A DNA stretch of 64,000 bases, from NCBI GenBank assembly GCA_036270275.1, contig DATBCV010000019.1, positions 10,883 to 74,882 on the forward strand, read 5' to 3'. The stretch comes from Chthoniobacterales bacterium. GTDB taxonomy: Bacteria; Verrucomicrobiota; Verrucomicrobiia; Chthoniobacterales; UBA10450. This document shows positions 19,131 to 27,858 of this stretch, in pieces. The translations under genes were made by a program, and so were the position numbers. How positions within the stretch are numbered: the stretch's first letter is position 1; each line of letters begins with the position of its first letter. The notes under the pieces were generated by a model. That model was not told where the DNA came from and searched no databases. It saw only the letters and a list, made by a program, of their open reading frames with translations.

Positions 19131-20564
19131 TTAATTTTCCTTCGATCGCAACTCGAACGGATTCGCTGAGGGATAATTTTGGTTTGGGGGAGGAAGCGGT
19201 TCGTGGATCGACAACAGCCAGCGTGGGCGGCCCAGTGTCCGCGGTTCCGCGGCTAGATCGACATTTGGATCCAGATAAAGCTCCGGTTTGCGTCCATTTA
19301 GGGAAACGAAGATACGTGCTTCCACTTTGATCGGTTCGGGCCCCCGACGGGGTACGACATTGGCCAGAAAATGCGCGAATTGGAGCGGGTAATCGGGCAG
19401 CGTCGCCATCAATCCAGTTTGCCGTTCGTTAAGGAATTGTCCGGGATTAACGCGGAGCGTCCTTCCGGTACTCGGATCGGTGACATAGAAATATGCGAGG
19501 GTGTAATATCTGTTCATCATCATCCGCCAACTGAAGCGGTGCTCCGCGTACCTCCATTCAATGCCTCCACTCCACAAAAAATGCCGAAGTGGAACAATAA
19601 TTTGGATCGCGATGTAGAGCGTTACGAAACTGAGAACGACAAATTGTTTGCGAGCGGATGGCAGTTTCCAGTCGCTTGGCGTAGGGGCGGACTCGACCCG
19701 TCTAAAAAATCCGACGAACCGTCGCGGCCAGCTCGGCGACAGGAACAAAGCGGTAGCCGCGATGGCAAGCCAGGGAAAGATGCCGATCTCAAACCATCGC
19801 GCATTAGTTAGATGGAAGGCGACAGCCACACAAAACGCGGCAATTCGCGTCCGACGCCAGAGCAGAAGCGGGACGAGGAATAAATCGAGCAGAATCGCGC
19901 CGTAACTCACCAGGTACACCCCCCATTCTTCATGGAGAAACCGACCGAAGATCGGGAAATCAGTTCTATGAGATAACCGCGTTCGCATCGGCTCGCCGCG
20001 AAGCCAGTCCGGCGTCAGTTTTGCAATTCCTCCATAAAAATAAACGACGCCCATTTGCGCGCGTAACAGCCAGAGGGACCACGCCGGTGTGGTGTTCGAG
20101 CGCAATCGCGGGTAGAGCCAGGCATCCACCGAAAACGCCCGATGCGCGGGAACAAAGATGAACAAGAAACTAAAAAGGCAGATGAGATAGGTGTGGTTTA
20201 CGTACTGCGCTTCATCGAGAAGAAAAAAATATGTGTAACTGAGGAAAAGCAGGGCGGCGCTCGCGCGGTAGAAAAAACCAATCGCAACGAAGAGTGCTAA
20301 GACCCCTATCGCCACCCAATGAATATAAAGCCAATGCGCCGACCACGGATGGACCCATGAAAAACCGCAGAACTTGAACAAGAATCGCGGTTCGAGCCAA
20401 AAGCGCCCGACCCTATTGAGCGCGCAGTAACTCCAAACGTGCCAAATTAAAAGAGCGCCGAACGCAATCCGGAAAAAGACAAGCGATGCGATATCGACTG
20501 GTGCAAATGCGCTTTCGCGGACCTTGGTCAGAAGGATTTTAAGTTTCCCGTCACTCGACTTCAT
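19131..20564 (-). CDS. HTTM-domain (vitamin K-dependent gamma-carboxylase-like) membrane protein
   Basis: 477 aa and polytopic. The N-terminal SLVFFRIAFGALLIWHVW...FKFCGFSWV matches the HTTM pattern. Confidence 0.75.
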   Translation of the reverse strand: MKSSDGKLKILLTKVRESAFAPVDIASLVFFRIAFGALLIWHVWSYCALNRVGRFWLEPRFLFKFCGFSWVHPWSAHWLYIHWVAIGVLALFVAIGFFYRASAALLFLSYTYFFLLDEAQYVNHTYLICLFSFLFIFVPAHRAFSVDAWLYPRLRSNTTPAWSLWLLRAQMGVVYFYGGIAKLTPDWLRGEPMRTRLSHRTDFPIFGRFLHEEWGVYLVSYGAILLDLFLVPLLLWRRTRIAAFCVAVAFHLTNARWFEIGIFPWLAIAATALFLSPSWPRRFVGFFRRVESAPTPSDWKLPSARKQFVVLSFVTLYIAIQIIVPLRHFLWSGGIEWRYAEHRFSWRMMMNRYYTLAYFYVTDPSTGRTLRVNPGQFLNERQTGLMATLPDYPLQFAHFLANVVPRRGPEPIKVEARIFVSLNGRKPELYLDPNVDLAAEPRTLGRPRWLLSIHEPLPPPNQNYPSANPFELRSKEN

Positions 20565-20597
20565 TTGGCAGTAAAATCAGGATGCGGATTCTACATC

Positions 20598-20733
20598 ACG
20601 TCCGGTTCGTGGCCAGCTCTCTTCGCCGGCACCATACGTTTCAGCGAAGATTCGAAGATCGACATCATCCGAAATCTGAAGCTGCGCTTCGGCTGAAAAG
20701 TCATTCCGGGACGTCCGTTTTCGAGTCGGCTAA
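20598..20733 (+). pseudogene. degenerate duplicate of the DUF721 gene 3' end
   Basis: It aligns with 18033-18167. It translates as YITSGSWPALF...SKIDIIRNLKLRFG*, against YVRVLQPALHYELEQVAKIDIIRKLKQRFGGK... in the intact gene. It carries a premature stop and a frameshift. Confidence 0.65.
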
Positions 20734-20799
20734 CTAACGAATAACCACGAAGCTTTTCTGTTGACTCGCCGGAGCGTAGCCTCCTACGATGCGCGCTCC

Positions 20800-21705
20800 A
20801 TGGAAGCCTTTACCTTAACCAAACATTTTCGCCAGTTGCTCCTGACGATGGTTGTCGCCATCGCCGCGGGAATTTTCACATCGGCCTTCGCCGGGCCTGA
20901 GGTGTTGCCTTCAGCCAAAGACAAAAACCCGATCGTCGAAATACCGACCTGCAAAACGACCTGGTATTTCACGATCAGCGGCGGCGCCGATTTCGATCTC
21001 GGCGCGACCGATATCAACAAGTCGAGAACTCAGAGCATAATTCCAGGATTTGTGACGGCGTTCATTAAACAGCACGACTTCAACGATGCATTCGATGACG
21101 TCGGCTACCACGTTCAGGGTGAGCTCGGTTTTGCGGTCGGCAATTACTGGGAATTTTTTGGGCTCTTTAAATGGGAACATGTCGATGCCAGCGGTCGCAC
21201 CTCCGGAAGCCATGTCCTGATTAGCGTCCCGCGCGTAATCATCGCGGACATTCCATTCGGGAGCGAGTTCGGTGACTACAATTCTTATGGATTCGAATTT
21301 GGCGCCCGCTTCTTTTTTCTTTCGCGCCAGGCACGATTTCGCCCATACATCTCGGTCTCTGGCGGACCGACCGAGGCAGATGCCATCGACATCACAACCT
21401 TCACCGACTTTTCCTCGATCGGTGGTCCGAGCAATGTGAAACTCTTTCACGGCCGATATTTGTCGGACACTTTGATCGGCACGGGCGCGGCGATGCTCGG
21501 AGCTGAGTACGCCATCAACTGTCATGTCTCGATCGGCGTGGAAGGCGGCATTCGTTATGAATCGCCGCTAGATGATGATGATCGCACGTTCGAACATCGG
21601 TCGGTTTTAGGAATCGTTCCCCTCGGTTTCTTGCGCTCGGTCAATAACGGCGTGGGAGATCGGTTGGTCGTTCCAGCGAGCGGTTACGTGAAGCTGCGCT
21701 GGTAG
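20800..21705 (+). CDS. outer-membrane beta-barrel protein
   Basis: An ATG at 20800 gives a signal peptide ending in AFA. Beta-strand periodicity and a C-terminal aromatic (KLRW) support the call. Confidence 0.6.
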   Translation: MEAFTLTKHFRQLLLTMVVAIAAGIFTSAFAGPEVLPSAKDKNPIVEIPTCKTTWYFTISGGADFDLGATDINKSRTQSIIPGFVTAFIKQHDFNDAFDDVGYHVQGELGFAVGNYWEFFGLFKWEHVDASGRTSGSHVLISVPRVIIADIPFGSEFGDYNSYGFEFGARFFFLSRQARFRPYISVSGGPTEADAIDITTFTDFSSIGGPSNVKLFHGRYLSDTLIGTGAAMLGAEYAINCHVSIGVEGGIRYESPLDDDDRTFEHRSVLGIVPLGFLRSVNNGVGDRLVVPASGYVKLRW

Positions 21706-21731
21706 ACGCAATAAGACTGTAATTCTAAGCG

Positions 21732-21765
21732 AGCCCGCTCCGACAAGGGCGGGCTTTCTTTTTGT
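21732..21765 (+). terminator. rho-independent terminator
   Basis: A 7-bp stem (agcccgc / gcgggct) is followed by ttctttttgtg. Confidence 0.6.
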
Positions 21766-21823
21766 GTCTGAGCGGCGCGAAGTGTCGTGACGCCGGCCCT
21801 GCGCTCAGTTAAAATAAACGCGA

Positions 21824-23269
21824 ATGCTGCGCCCCCCGCACAAAGCTTCTTCGGCCGCCCATTACTCGCGATTATTCGGCGGACCTTTTCGCGGCCACGA
21901 TGAAATGCATCTGCGCGAATTGTCCGCGCGCATGAAAGACATCCCTGAAAATCGACGCGGGCGGCCGCGCCAGGGAGATCTCGCGCCGTCCGCTTTCGTT
22001 TACCTCGGCCAATTTCTCGATCACGACCTGACCCGCGATTGCACCGGGCTGGAGAACGCATCGCATCCTCCGGAAAACACGGCGAATCTTCATCAGCCAA
22101 GATTAAATCTCGAAAGCGTTTACGGCGGCGGGCCGGAAGAATCGCCGGAACTCTACGACTTATCCGAACGCGGAGCCGAGCGGTTTTTGCTCGGACAGAC
22201 CAAAGCGACGCCGATAGTTTCATCCACTCGTGACGATTTGCCGCAGCGTGACGGCACAACTTTGCTGGCCGATCCGCGCAACGATCAGCATCTCATCATC
22301 TCCCAGCTCCACGTCGCCTTCCTGAAATTTCACAACCGAATTGTCGATCTTGTGAGACGCGGCGAATTGGACCAAGTCGCGCTCCCGAATGAAAAGGTTT
22401 TTCAAATCGCGCGCCGTCTGACCGTCTGGCATTACCAGTGGATTGTTCGCAACGAATTCCTGAGCTGGTTTGTCTTGCCGGAAGTCTTGCAGCACATCGA
22501 GCGGAATGGTGCGCGATTTTTTAAAGCGGAGACCGGCGCACAAGCTCTAACGCTCCCGATCGAATTCACTCAAGCTGTTTTCCGGTTCGGGCATAGCACT
22601 GTCCAACCTCAATACGATGTTAATCGCTGGACCGGACTGGTTCGATTGCGCGAGCTGATTCGTAAAAAACCGCACGAGAAAGAGAGCGAGCCACTCGCGG
22701 CAGACCGGACCGTCGATTGGGACAGATTCACTCGAACTTGGGCGGGCAATGCGAACTTTGCCGAGAACATCGACACCTTGATCTCGGAAGACATGTTCGA
22801 TCTTCCCGCGGCCGCAATGCCGATTCCTTTCAAGACTGCGCCGCCGCCTTTGCCGGAAATGACGCTTTTACGCGGATCGCGAATCGGTTTGCCTTCCGGA
22901 CAAGAAGCGTGTCGCGCGGCTGACGTGCCTTCGCTCAAGCCTTGCCAGATCGGATTCGACGACGAAGGAAACGAGTTTCTCCGGCGACGCGGGCTGCACG
23001 AGAGAACGCCGCTTTGGTATTACATTTTGCGCGAGGCTGAAGTTCTCGGCGTCCGGAAGCTCCGCGGTGGCGAATGTCTCGGCCCGCTCGGTAGCCGAGT
23101 TGTCGCCGAAGTCATACTCGGGATCATGAACGCCGACCCGGAACATTATCTAAATGTCGATCCAAACTGGAAACCGCTTATGGCCAACCTGCCGCGAGTG
23201 TCCGGGCCCCGCCCGATCGGTCGGTTGCGAAACTTCCTGGCCTTTGCGAACGAGCGACAATTTCTTTGA
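21824..23269 (+). CDS. haem peroxidase, peroxidase-cyclooxygenase (animal haem peroxidase) superfamily, cytoplasmic
   Basis: 481 aa. The distal-His motif YLGQFLDHDLT and the proximal-His motif FRFGHS are present. There is no signal peptide. Confidence 0.85.
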   Translation: MLRPPHKASSAAHYSRLFGGPFRGHDEMHLRELSARMKDIPENRRGRPRQGDLAPSAFVYLGQFLDHDLTRDCTGLENASHPPENTANLHQPRLNLESVYGGGPEESPELYDLSERGAERFLLGQTKATPIVSSTRDDLPQRDGTTLLADPRNDQHLIISQLHVAFLKFHNRIVDLVRRGELDQVALPNEKVFQIARRLTVWHYQWIVRNEFLSWFVLPEVLQHIERNGARFFKAETGAQALTLPIEFTQAVFRFGHSTVQPQYDVNRWTGLVRLRELIRKKPHEKESEPLAADRTVDWDRFTRTWAGNANFAENIDTLISEDMFDLPAAAMPIPFKTAPPPLPEMTLLRGSRIGLPSGQEACRAADVPSLKPCQIGFDDEGNEFLRRRGLHERTPLWYYILREAEVLGVRKLRGGECLGPLGSRVVAEVILGIMNADPEHYLNVDPNWKPLMANLPRVSGPRPIGRLRNFLAFANERQFL

Positions 23270-24750
23270 TCGCAAACGCAGAGCGAGTCGCACGCGATTT
23301 GCGCGTTTTAATCGACAAACAGCGTGGGCAAGCGTCGAGAACAATTGAGCAATCGCTTGAGCCGTTGGTGACTTTCGCGCTCAACCGCTTGCAAAGTCTT
23401 GCGCCGGATGCGGCCAACGAAATTGTGGCGCCGTCGGGCTGGCTCACCTTGGCCGAACATTTAACCAGACGGCTCGTGTTCGCACTCGGACCGACTTTGC
23501 GGATCGAGCACATTGCCGCCAAAGCAATATCGCTCAATTCTAAAAGCAAGAGCGCAGGCCCTGGACTCGCACTGAGCGAAGCGGTCCGCGCTTTTCCGGG
23601 CCTGTTCGAAACGGCCGCTCACCTTCTGGGCGCTTGGGTCGACGCGCAGAGTGAAACACTGAAACGCTTGAAGCGTGACCGCGCGCTGTTGGCAGAATGT
23701 TTTGGCTTCGACCGGCGAGCTTCGCGCGCTACGAAGATTCAAGCGGGATTATCCGATCCGCACGACCGCGGAAGGAGCGTTACGCTGATCGAGTTTTCCG
23801 ATCGTGCCCGCATAATCTACAAACCGCGCTCGTGTGATGGAGAAGAACTTTGGTTCGCAGCTCTCCGCTGGCTCAACCAAAACGGAATCGACGCGGGTTT
23901 TTACATTCCGCGGCTGCTCGCGCGTGAAAAGTACTGTTGGATGGAATTTCTCCAGGCTAAGGCCTGCTCAAGCCTCAACGCGGTTCATTCCTTTTATTTT
24001 CGGTGGGGCGTGCAGACCGCGCTCGCCACGGTTTTAGAAGCGTCGGATCTACACAAAGAAAACTGGATTGCGTTAAACTCGCAGCCAATTCTGGTCGACG
24101 CCGAAGCTCTAGGCGCTGCATCGTCGGGTTCGCATGCTCGCAAGAAGAAAAGTTTAGATCGACAATCGCTGCCTTCACTTCTCGAAACCGGCCTACTACC
24201 GTTTACTTCGCGCGATCGCGCCGGGCGCTACTGGGGCATCGCACCTTTTGATGCGACGCTGGCGGAAATCGCCGCCGATAGTTGTTGGCCTCGCTATAAA
24301 GGGGAGTCGCAACCGCCGTGGAGATACTTGAGCCATCTCCTTCGCGGATTCGACGCTGCCGCGAGGCTTTTTGTAAAACCGTCTTCAGCCCGGAACTTTC
24401 TCGACGAAATAATTTCTAGGGCGCGAATCGGAAAGCAGCGCTTGTTTTTTCGCTCGAGCGCGGACTATGCGCGCATGTTGCGCGAATCGCTCGAGCCGTC
24501 GCTGATGATTTTGCCAGAATGCCGCAAGCGCTGGCTGGCGCAAAAATGTTGCGCCTCCGCAGTCAATCGAGCCAGCGGCATCGCCGAGGCGCGCGCGCTT
24601 CTGCGTTGCGACTTGCCAAAATTTGTGATCCCGCGAAAAACTTTCCGGATTTCGCGAAAGCGATTTTCAACGGAAGTCGCCCGGCTCAGGCTCAGTCGGC
24701 AACTATTACGACGCCGCGTTCTGCTGCGAACGCGCAGTCATTACCGTTGA
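23266..24750 (+). CDS. stand-alone LanM-type dehydratase/kinase domain protein (DUF4135), no LanC cyclase domain
   Basis: 494 aa. SDPHDRGRSV, IIYKPRS, SDLHKENWIA and ILVDAEAL match the LanM N-domain catalytic motifs. The putative TTG start overlaps the peroxidase TGA (TTGA). Confidence 0.8.
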   Translation: MIANAERVARDLRVLIDKQRGQASRTIEQSLEPLVTFALNRLQSLAPDAANEIVAPSGWLTLAEHLTRRLVFALGPTLRIEHIAAKAISLNSKSKSAGPGLALSEAVRAFPGLFETAAHLLGAWVDAQSETLKRLKRDRALLAECFGFDRRASRATKIQAGLSDPHDRGRSVTLIEFSDRARIIYKPRSCDGEELWFAALRWLNQNGIDAGFYIPRLLAREKYCWMEFLQAKACSSLNAVHSFYFRWGVQTALATVLEASDLHKENWIALNSQPILVDAEALGAASSGSHARKKKSLDRQSLPSLLETGLLPFTSRDRAGRYWGIAPFDATLAEIAADSCWPRYKGESQPPWRYLSHLLRGFDAAARLFVKPSSARNFLDEIISRARIGKQRLFFRSSADYARMLRESLEPSLMILPECRKRWLAQKCCASAVNRASGIAEARALLRCDLPKFVIPRKTFRISRKRFSTEVARLRLSRQLLRRRVLLRTRSHYR

Positions 24751-24812
24751 GCGAAAGCAAACTCGGTGGCGAAACTGCAAAACTTTGTGATCGCGGGAGA
24801 ACCAGTCGCGCA

Positions 24813-25121
24813 TCACCAAACGACGTACGAGCAGCGCACATACTCCATGGCGTGTTCGTTTCCGTGACCATTGGCGGCAGGAGGGATCTCGAGCACGAGC
24901 GAGCCGGCTCCATCTCGTTTGGCTTTATCGAGATCACCTTCTGGCAAGAAGACGACTTTGGCGTCTTCCGGCACGTCGATTTTGCCAACGCTGCGAAACG
25001 CTTCACGGGCAAACTCTTCCGATTTAAGACATTTCGCGCCGAAGGTTTCGTCGCTGCTGATTTTGTTTAAGACGGCGATACAGGCCGCTTTTTTGTGGTC
25101 TGGATTATTCCATGTTCTCAT
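24813..25121 (-). CDS. small protein with a nitrile-hydratase-like leader peptide (NHLP)-like region, candidate RiPP precursor
   Basis: 102 aa, starting 25 nt after the kinase stop on the same strand. DETFGAKCLKSEEFAREAFRSVGKIDVPEDAKVVFLPEG...SLVLEIPP resembles NHLP leaders. The tail is NGHGNEHAMEYVRCSYVVW. The similarity was judged by eye only. Confidence 0.5.
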   Translation of the reverse strand: MRTWNNPDHKKAACIAVLNKISSDETFGAKCLKSEEFAREAFRSVGKIDVPEDAKVVFLPEGDLDKAKRDGAGSLVLEIPPAANGHGNEHAMEYVRCSYVVW

Positions 25122-25146
25122 AGGGAGGTTTGATTCTTTGGTTTGT

Positions 25147-27858
25147 TTATTCGTTGGAGACCCATTTCGTTGCCTTGGAAAGTTCTTCGACGCGCAGCTT
25201 CAGTTTTCCCAGAATCGCTTGGAAACGAACATTGTCCGCGATGGGATCGAATCGGGGATCGAGAGAAAGCGAACGGTAGTCGGTCCAGCCCGCCTTGATC
25301 GCGGACTGCAAATGTTCGAGTGCGGGTTCTGTTTTGCCGAGAGAGGATTCGACGGCCGAAATTCGGTAAAGAACATCGGGATTATCGGGAGCGAGTCCGA
25401 GCTGCGCGAACTCCTTGCCGAGACATTCTTGCAAGAGAATTACTTTCCGCGCGGCGTTATCAGTCAATCTGCCGAGTGCCGACTTGTAACCAATGCCGCC
25501 GTAAAACGATCCGCCACCGTCTGGATCCTTTTGTTCGAGGGCTGCGTAAAGTTTTTGCGCTTCGTCGAAGTTCCGTGAAAAAAACTCAATTTGCGCAGCC
25601 AGCCGAGTGCCTTCCAGATCCTCCGGATCATGGCTGCGAAGTTCGCGAGATAACGAACGAGCGCTGGCGAAGTCCGCGCTGAGCAAATCGAGACGCGCAG
25701 TTGAAATCCAACCCTGAGAACGCTCAGGATGCAAATCAATCGAACGGCGATAAGCCATTCGCGCTTTCGCATCATCGCCAAGAGAGGTCCAACAATCGCC
25801 GATGTGGCATTCGTATTCGCCTGCTCGCGCATCAAAGCGTTTTGCCAATTCGAACCAGCGCAAGGCCTGATCGGGCCGGCCGATGTCTTCATAAACCATT
25901 CCAAGCAACGCCGCGGATTTTCCGTCGGGCGCGCCCGTTTCAACGGAGCGCAGCCCGTCCTCAAGGGCTGCGCGGAAAAGCCCGCGCTGATAATTCACCC
26001 CGGCGAGCACGCGTAGGACATCCCCGGAGTTTGGAGCGAGACGCGAAGCCTCTTCCGCTTCGCGTTGCGCGTAGGTCAGCAGACTCGGGTCGGCCAAGTA
26101 GTGTGTGTGAGCGGCCGCGGAGCTGGCGAGATAAGCGTGGCCCAAAGCGGAGTGCGGCTCCAAGAGCAGCGCTTTTTCAAAACAATGGATCGCTCGCTCG
26201 AAATCGGAAACTCGGTAATGAAAAGTGAGTTCGCGGCCAGCGGCAAGAAATTCGCGCGCTTGTTCGTTACGCAAACCTGGATCGCGATTCGCTGCGATGG
26301 AAGCGGACCAATCGCTCGCACTGATTAACTGAAAGAGCGCGGGAGCAACACTGCGTGTCAGCTCGGCCGGATTGCTTAGATCGACAACGTGCTGAAAAAG
26401 CAAATCGCCGTCCGGCGTCAGGAGTTGGATGGAAAGTCGGGTTTTATTGCCTACCTGCCGCCGCGTCCCGAAAAGCGCGCTCCGTGTTTTGAATTCTCGC
26501 GTCGCCGCTTTCAGCTCCGTCGCATTCGCGCTCGCCTCTACTCGCGCAGGGCCAATCGCTGACAGCGCTTTTCCAAACTCTTTGGCAAAGTTTTCCGTCC
26601 AACGTGGTTGAGCGCTGGCCGTATCGAGATCGAGGAAAGGCAAAATCGTGACCGAATTTTTGGCGAGCTCGCTTTTGCGCACTTCTTTCTGCAGCTTCCA
26701 ATTTTGAACCTGCCGTCCGGCCAGGACCCCGGCGCCTGCCAGACAAATTGCCAAAGCTCCAGCCAGAGCCGGACTTCGCCGCGCCCAGCGATAAACGCGC
26801 GCGGGAATTGAAATTGGACGGGCAGTAATGGGCCGTCCTTCCAGCCAGCGTTCGAGATCTTCGGCTAACGCTGCTGCGGACGCGTAGCGGAGCTCCGGCT
26901 CGCGCTGCAAACATCGCGCACAAATCGTTTCGAGATCGCGCGAAATCTTCGGCACAATCGAGCGCAATTTTGGCGGGTCATTCTCGGCCGCTTGTCGCAG
27001 AACGGCCAGGGCATGTTCTCCAAGGAATGGCGGGCGCCCCGCGAGTAGCTCGAACAAAATTGCGCCGAGACTGTAAACGTCGGTGGCTGGTGTCAGATTC
27101 GCAGTTGTTCCATCCGCTTGTTCAGGCGCGATGTATCCTGGAGTTCCAAAAACGGTGAGCGTGCGCGTCAGATCGCTCCCCGCTTCGAGCCATTTCGCCA
27201 GACCGAAATCGCTAACTAGTGGTTCACCACGCGCATCGAGCAAAATGTTTCCCGGTTTCAAATCGCGGTGAAGAATTCCCTGTTCGTGGGCGTGGCCAAC
27301 GGCGAACGCGACGCTCGAGATCAGTTTCGCCGCGCGCCGGGGTGAGTCGCGAAACGCCTTAGTCGCCCCGAGCAGACTGCCGCCGGTTGCGAACTTCATC
27401 GTAAAGAACGGAAGTCGGTCCTCCGTCGCGCCGACGTCGTAAATCGGAAGAATATTAGGATGATCGAGGCTGGCAGCCGCGCGCGCTTCACGCTGAAAAC
27501 GGACGAGCGTTTCCTGCGAATCGCCGTGATAATTGAGGACCCGCTTCAGCGCTACGACACGCTGCGATGGAATGTGCCGTGCCCGATAAATCACGCCCAT
27601 TCCGCCGCGGCCGATTTCCTCTAAAATCCGGTATTGGCCGAGGCGCCAATCGCGATCCGGGACATCCACCGATGCGAGAAAGGCATCGAAATCTTCCGAG
27701 GCGGCTTCGCTGGATTCCAAACCGCGCCGTAACAAACAACTCGCACACAAGCCGGATGCGACTCGGACAAGCGAGCCACAGCGACAGCGTAAATCATGTT
27801 GGTCGGAGCCTAATGGCAAATCGCTCAGACCCGGGGGGAAACTTTGCTCGTCATTCAT
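25147..27858 (-). CDS. Ser/Thr protein kinase with N-terminal Cys-rich segment, one TM helix and C-terminal TPR repeats
   Basis: Kinase motifs GRGGMGVIYRA, HRDLKPGNILL, DFG and APE are present. The start at MNDEQSF overlaps the sigma gene stop (ATGA). TPR-like repeats occupy the C-terminal half. Confidence 0.9.
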   Translation of the reverse strand: MNDEQSFPPGLSDLPLGSDQHDLRCRCGSLVRVASGLCASCLLRRGLESSEAASEDFDAFLASVDVPDRDWRLGQYRILEEIGRGGMGVIYRARHIPSQRVVALKRVLNYHGDSQETLVRFQREARAAASLDHPNILPIYDVGATEDRLPFFTMKFATGGSLLGATKAFRDSPRRAAKLISSVAFAVGHAHEQGILHRDLKPGNILLDARGEPLVSDFGLAKWLEAGSDLTRTLTVFGTPGYIAPEQADGTTANLTPATDVYSLGAILFELLAGRPPFLGEHALAVLRQAAENDPPKLRSIVPKISRDLETICARCLQREPELRYASAAALAEDLERWLEGRPITARPISIPARVYRWARRSPALAGALAICLAGAGVLAGRQVQNWKLQKEVRKSELAKNSVTILPFLDLDTASAQPRWTENFAKEFGKALSAIGPARVEASANATELKAATREFKTRSALFGTRRQVGNKTRLSIQLLTPDGDLLFQHVVDLSNPAELTRSVAPALFQLISASDWSASIAANRDPGLRNEQAREFLAAGRELTFHYRVSDFERAIHCFEKALLLEPHSALGHAYLASSAAAHTHYLADPSLLTYAQREAEEASRLAPNSGDVLRVLAGVNYQRGLFRAALEDGLRSVETGAPDGKSAALLGMVYEDIGRPDQALRWFELAKRFDARAGEYECHIGDCWTSLGDDAKARMAYRRSIDLHPERSQGWISTARLDLLSADFASARSLSRELRSHDPEDLEGTRLAAQIEFFSRNFDEAQKLYAALEQKDPDGGGSFYGGIGYKSALGRLTDNAARKVILLQECLGKEFAQLGLAPDNPDVLYRISAVESSLGKTEPALEHLQSAIKAGWTDYRSLSLDPRFDPIADNVRFQAILGKLKLRVEELSKATKWVSNE

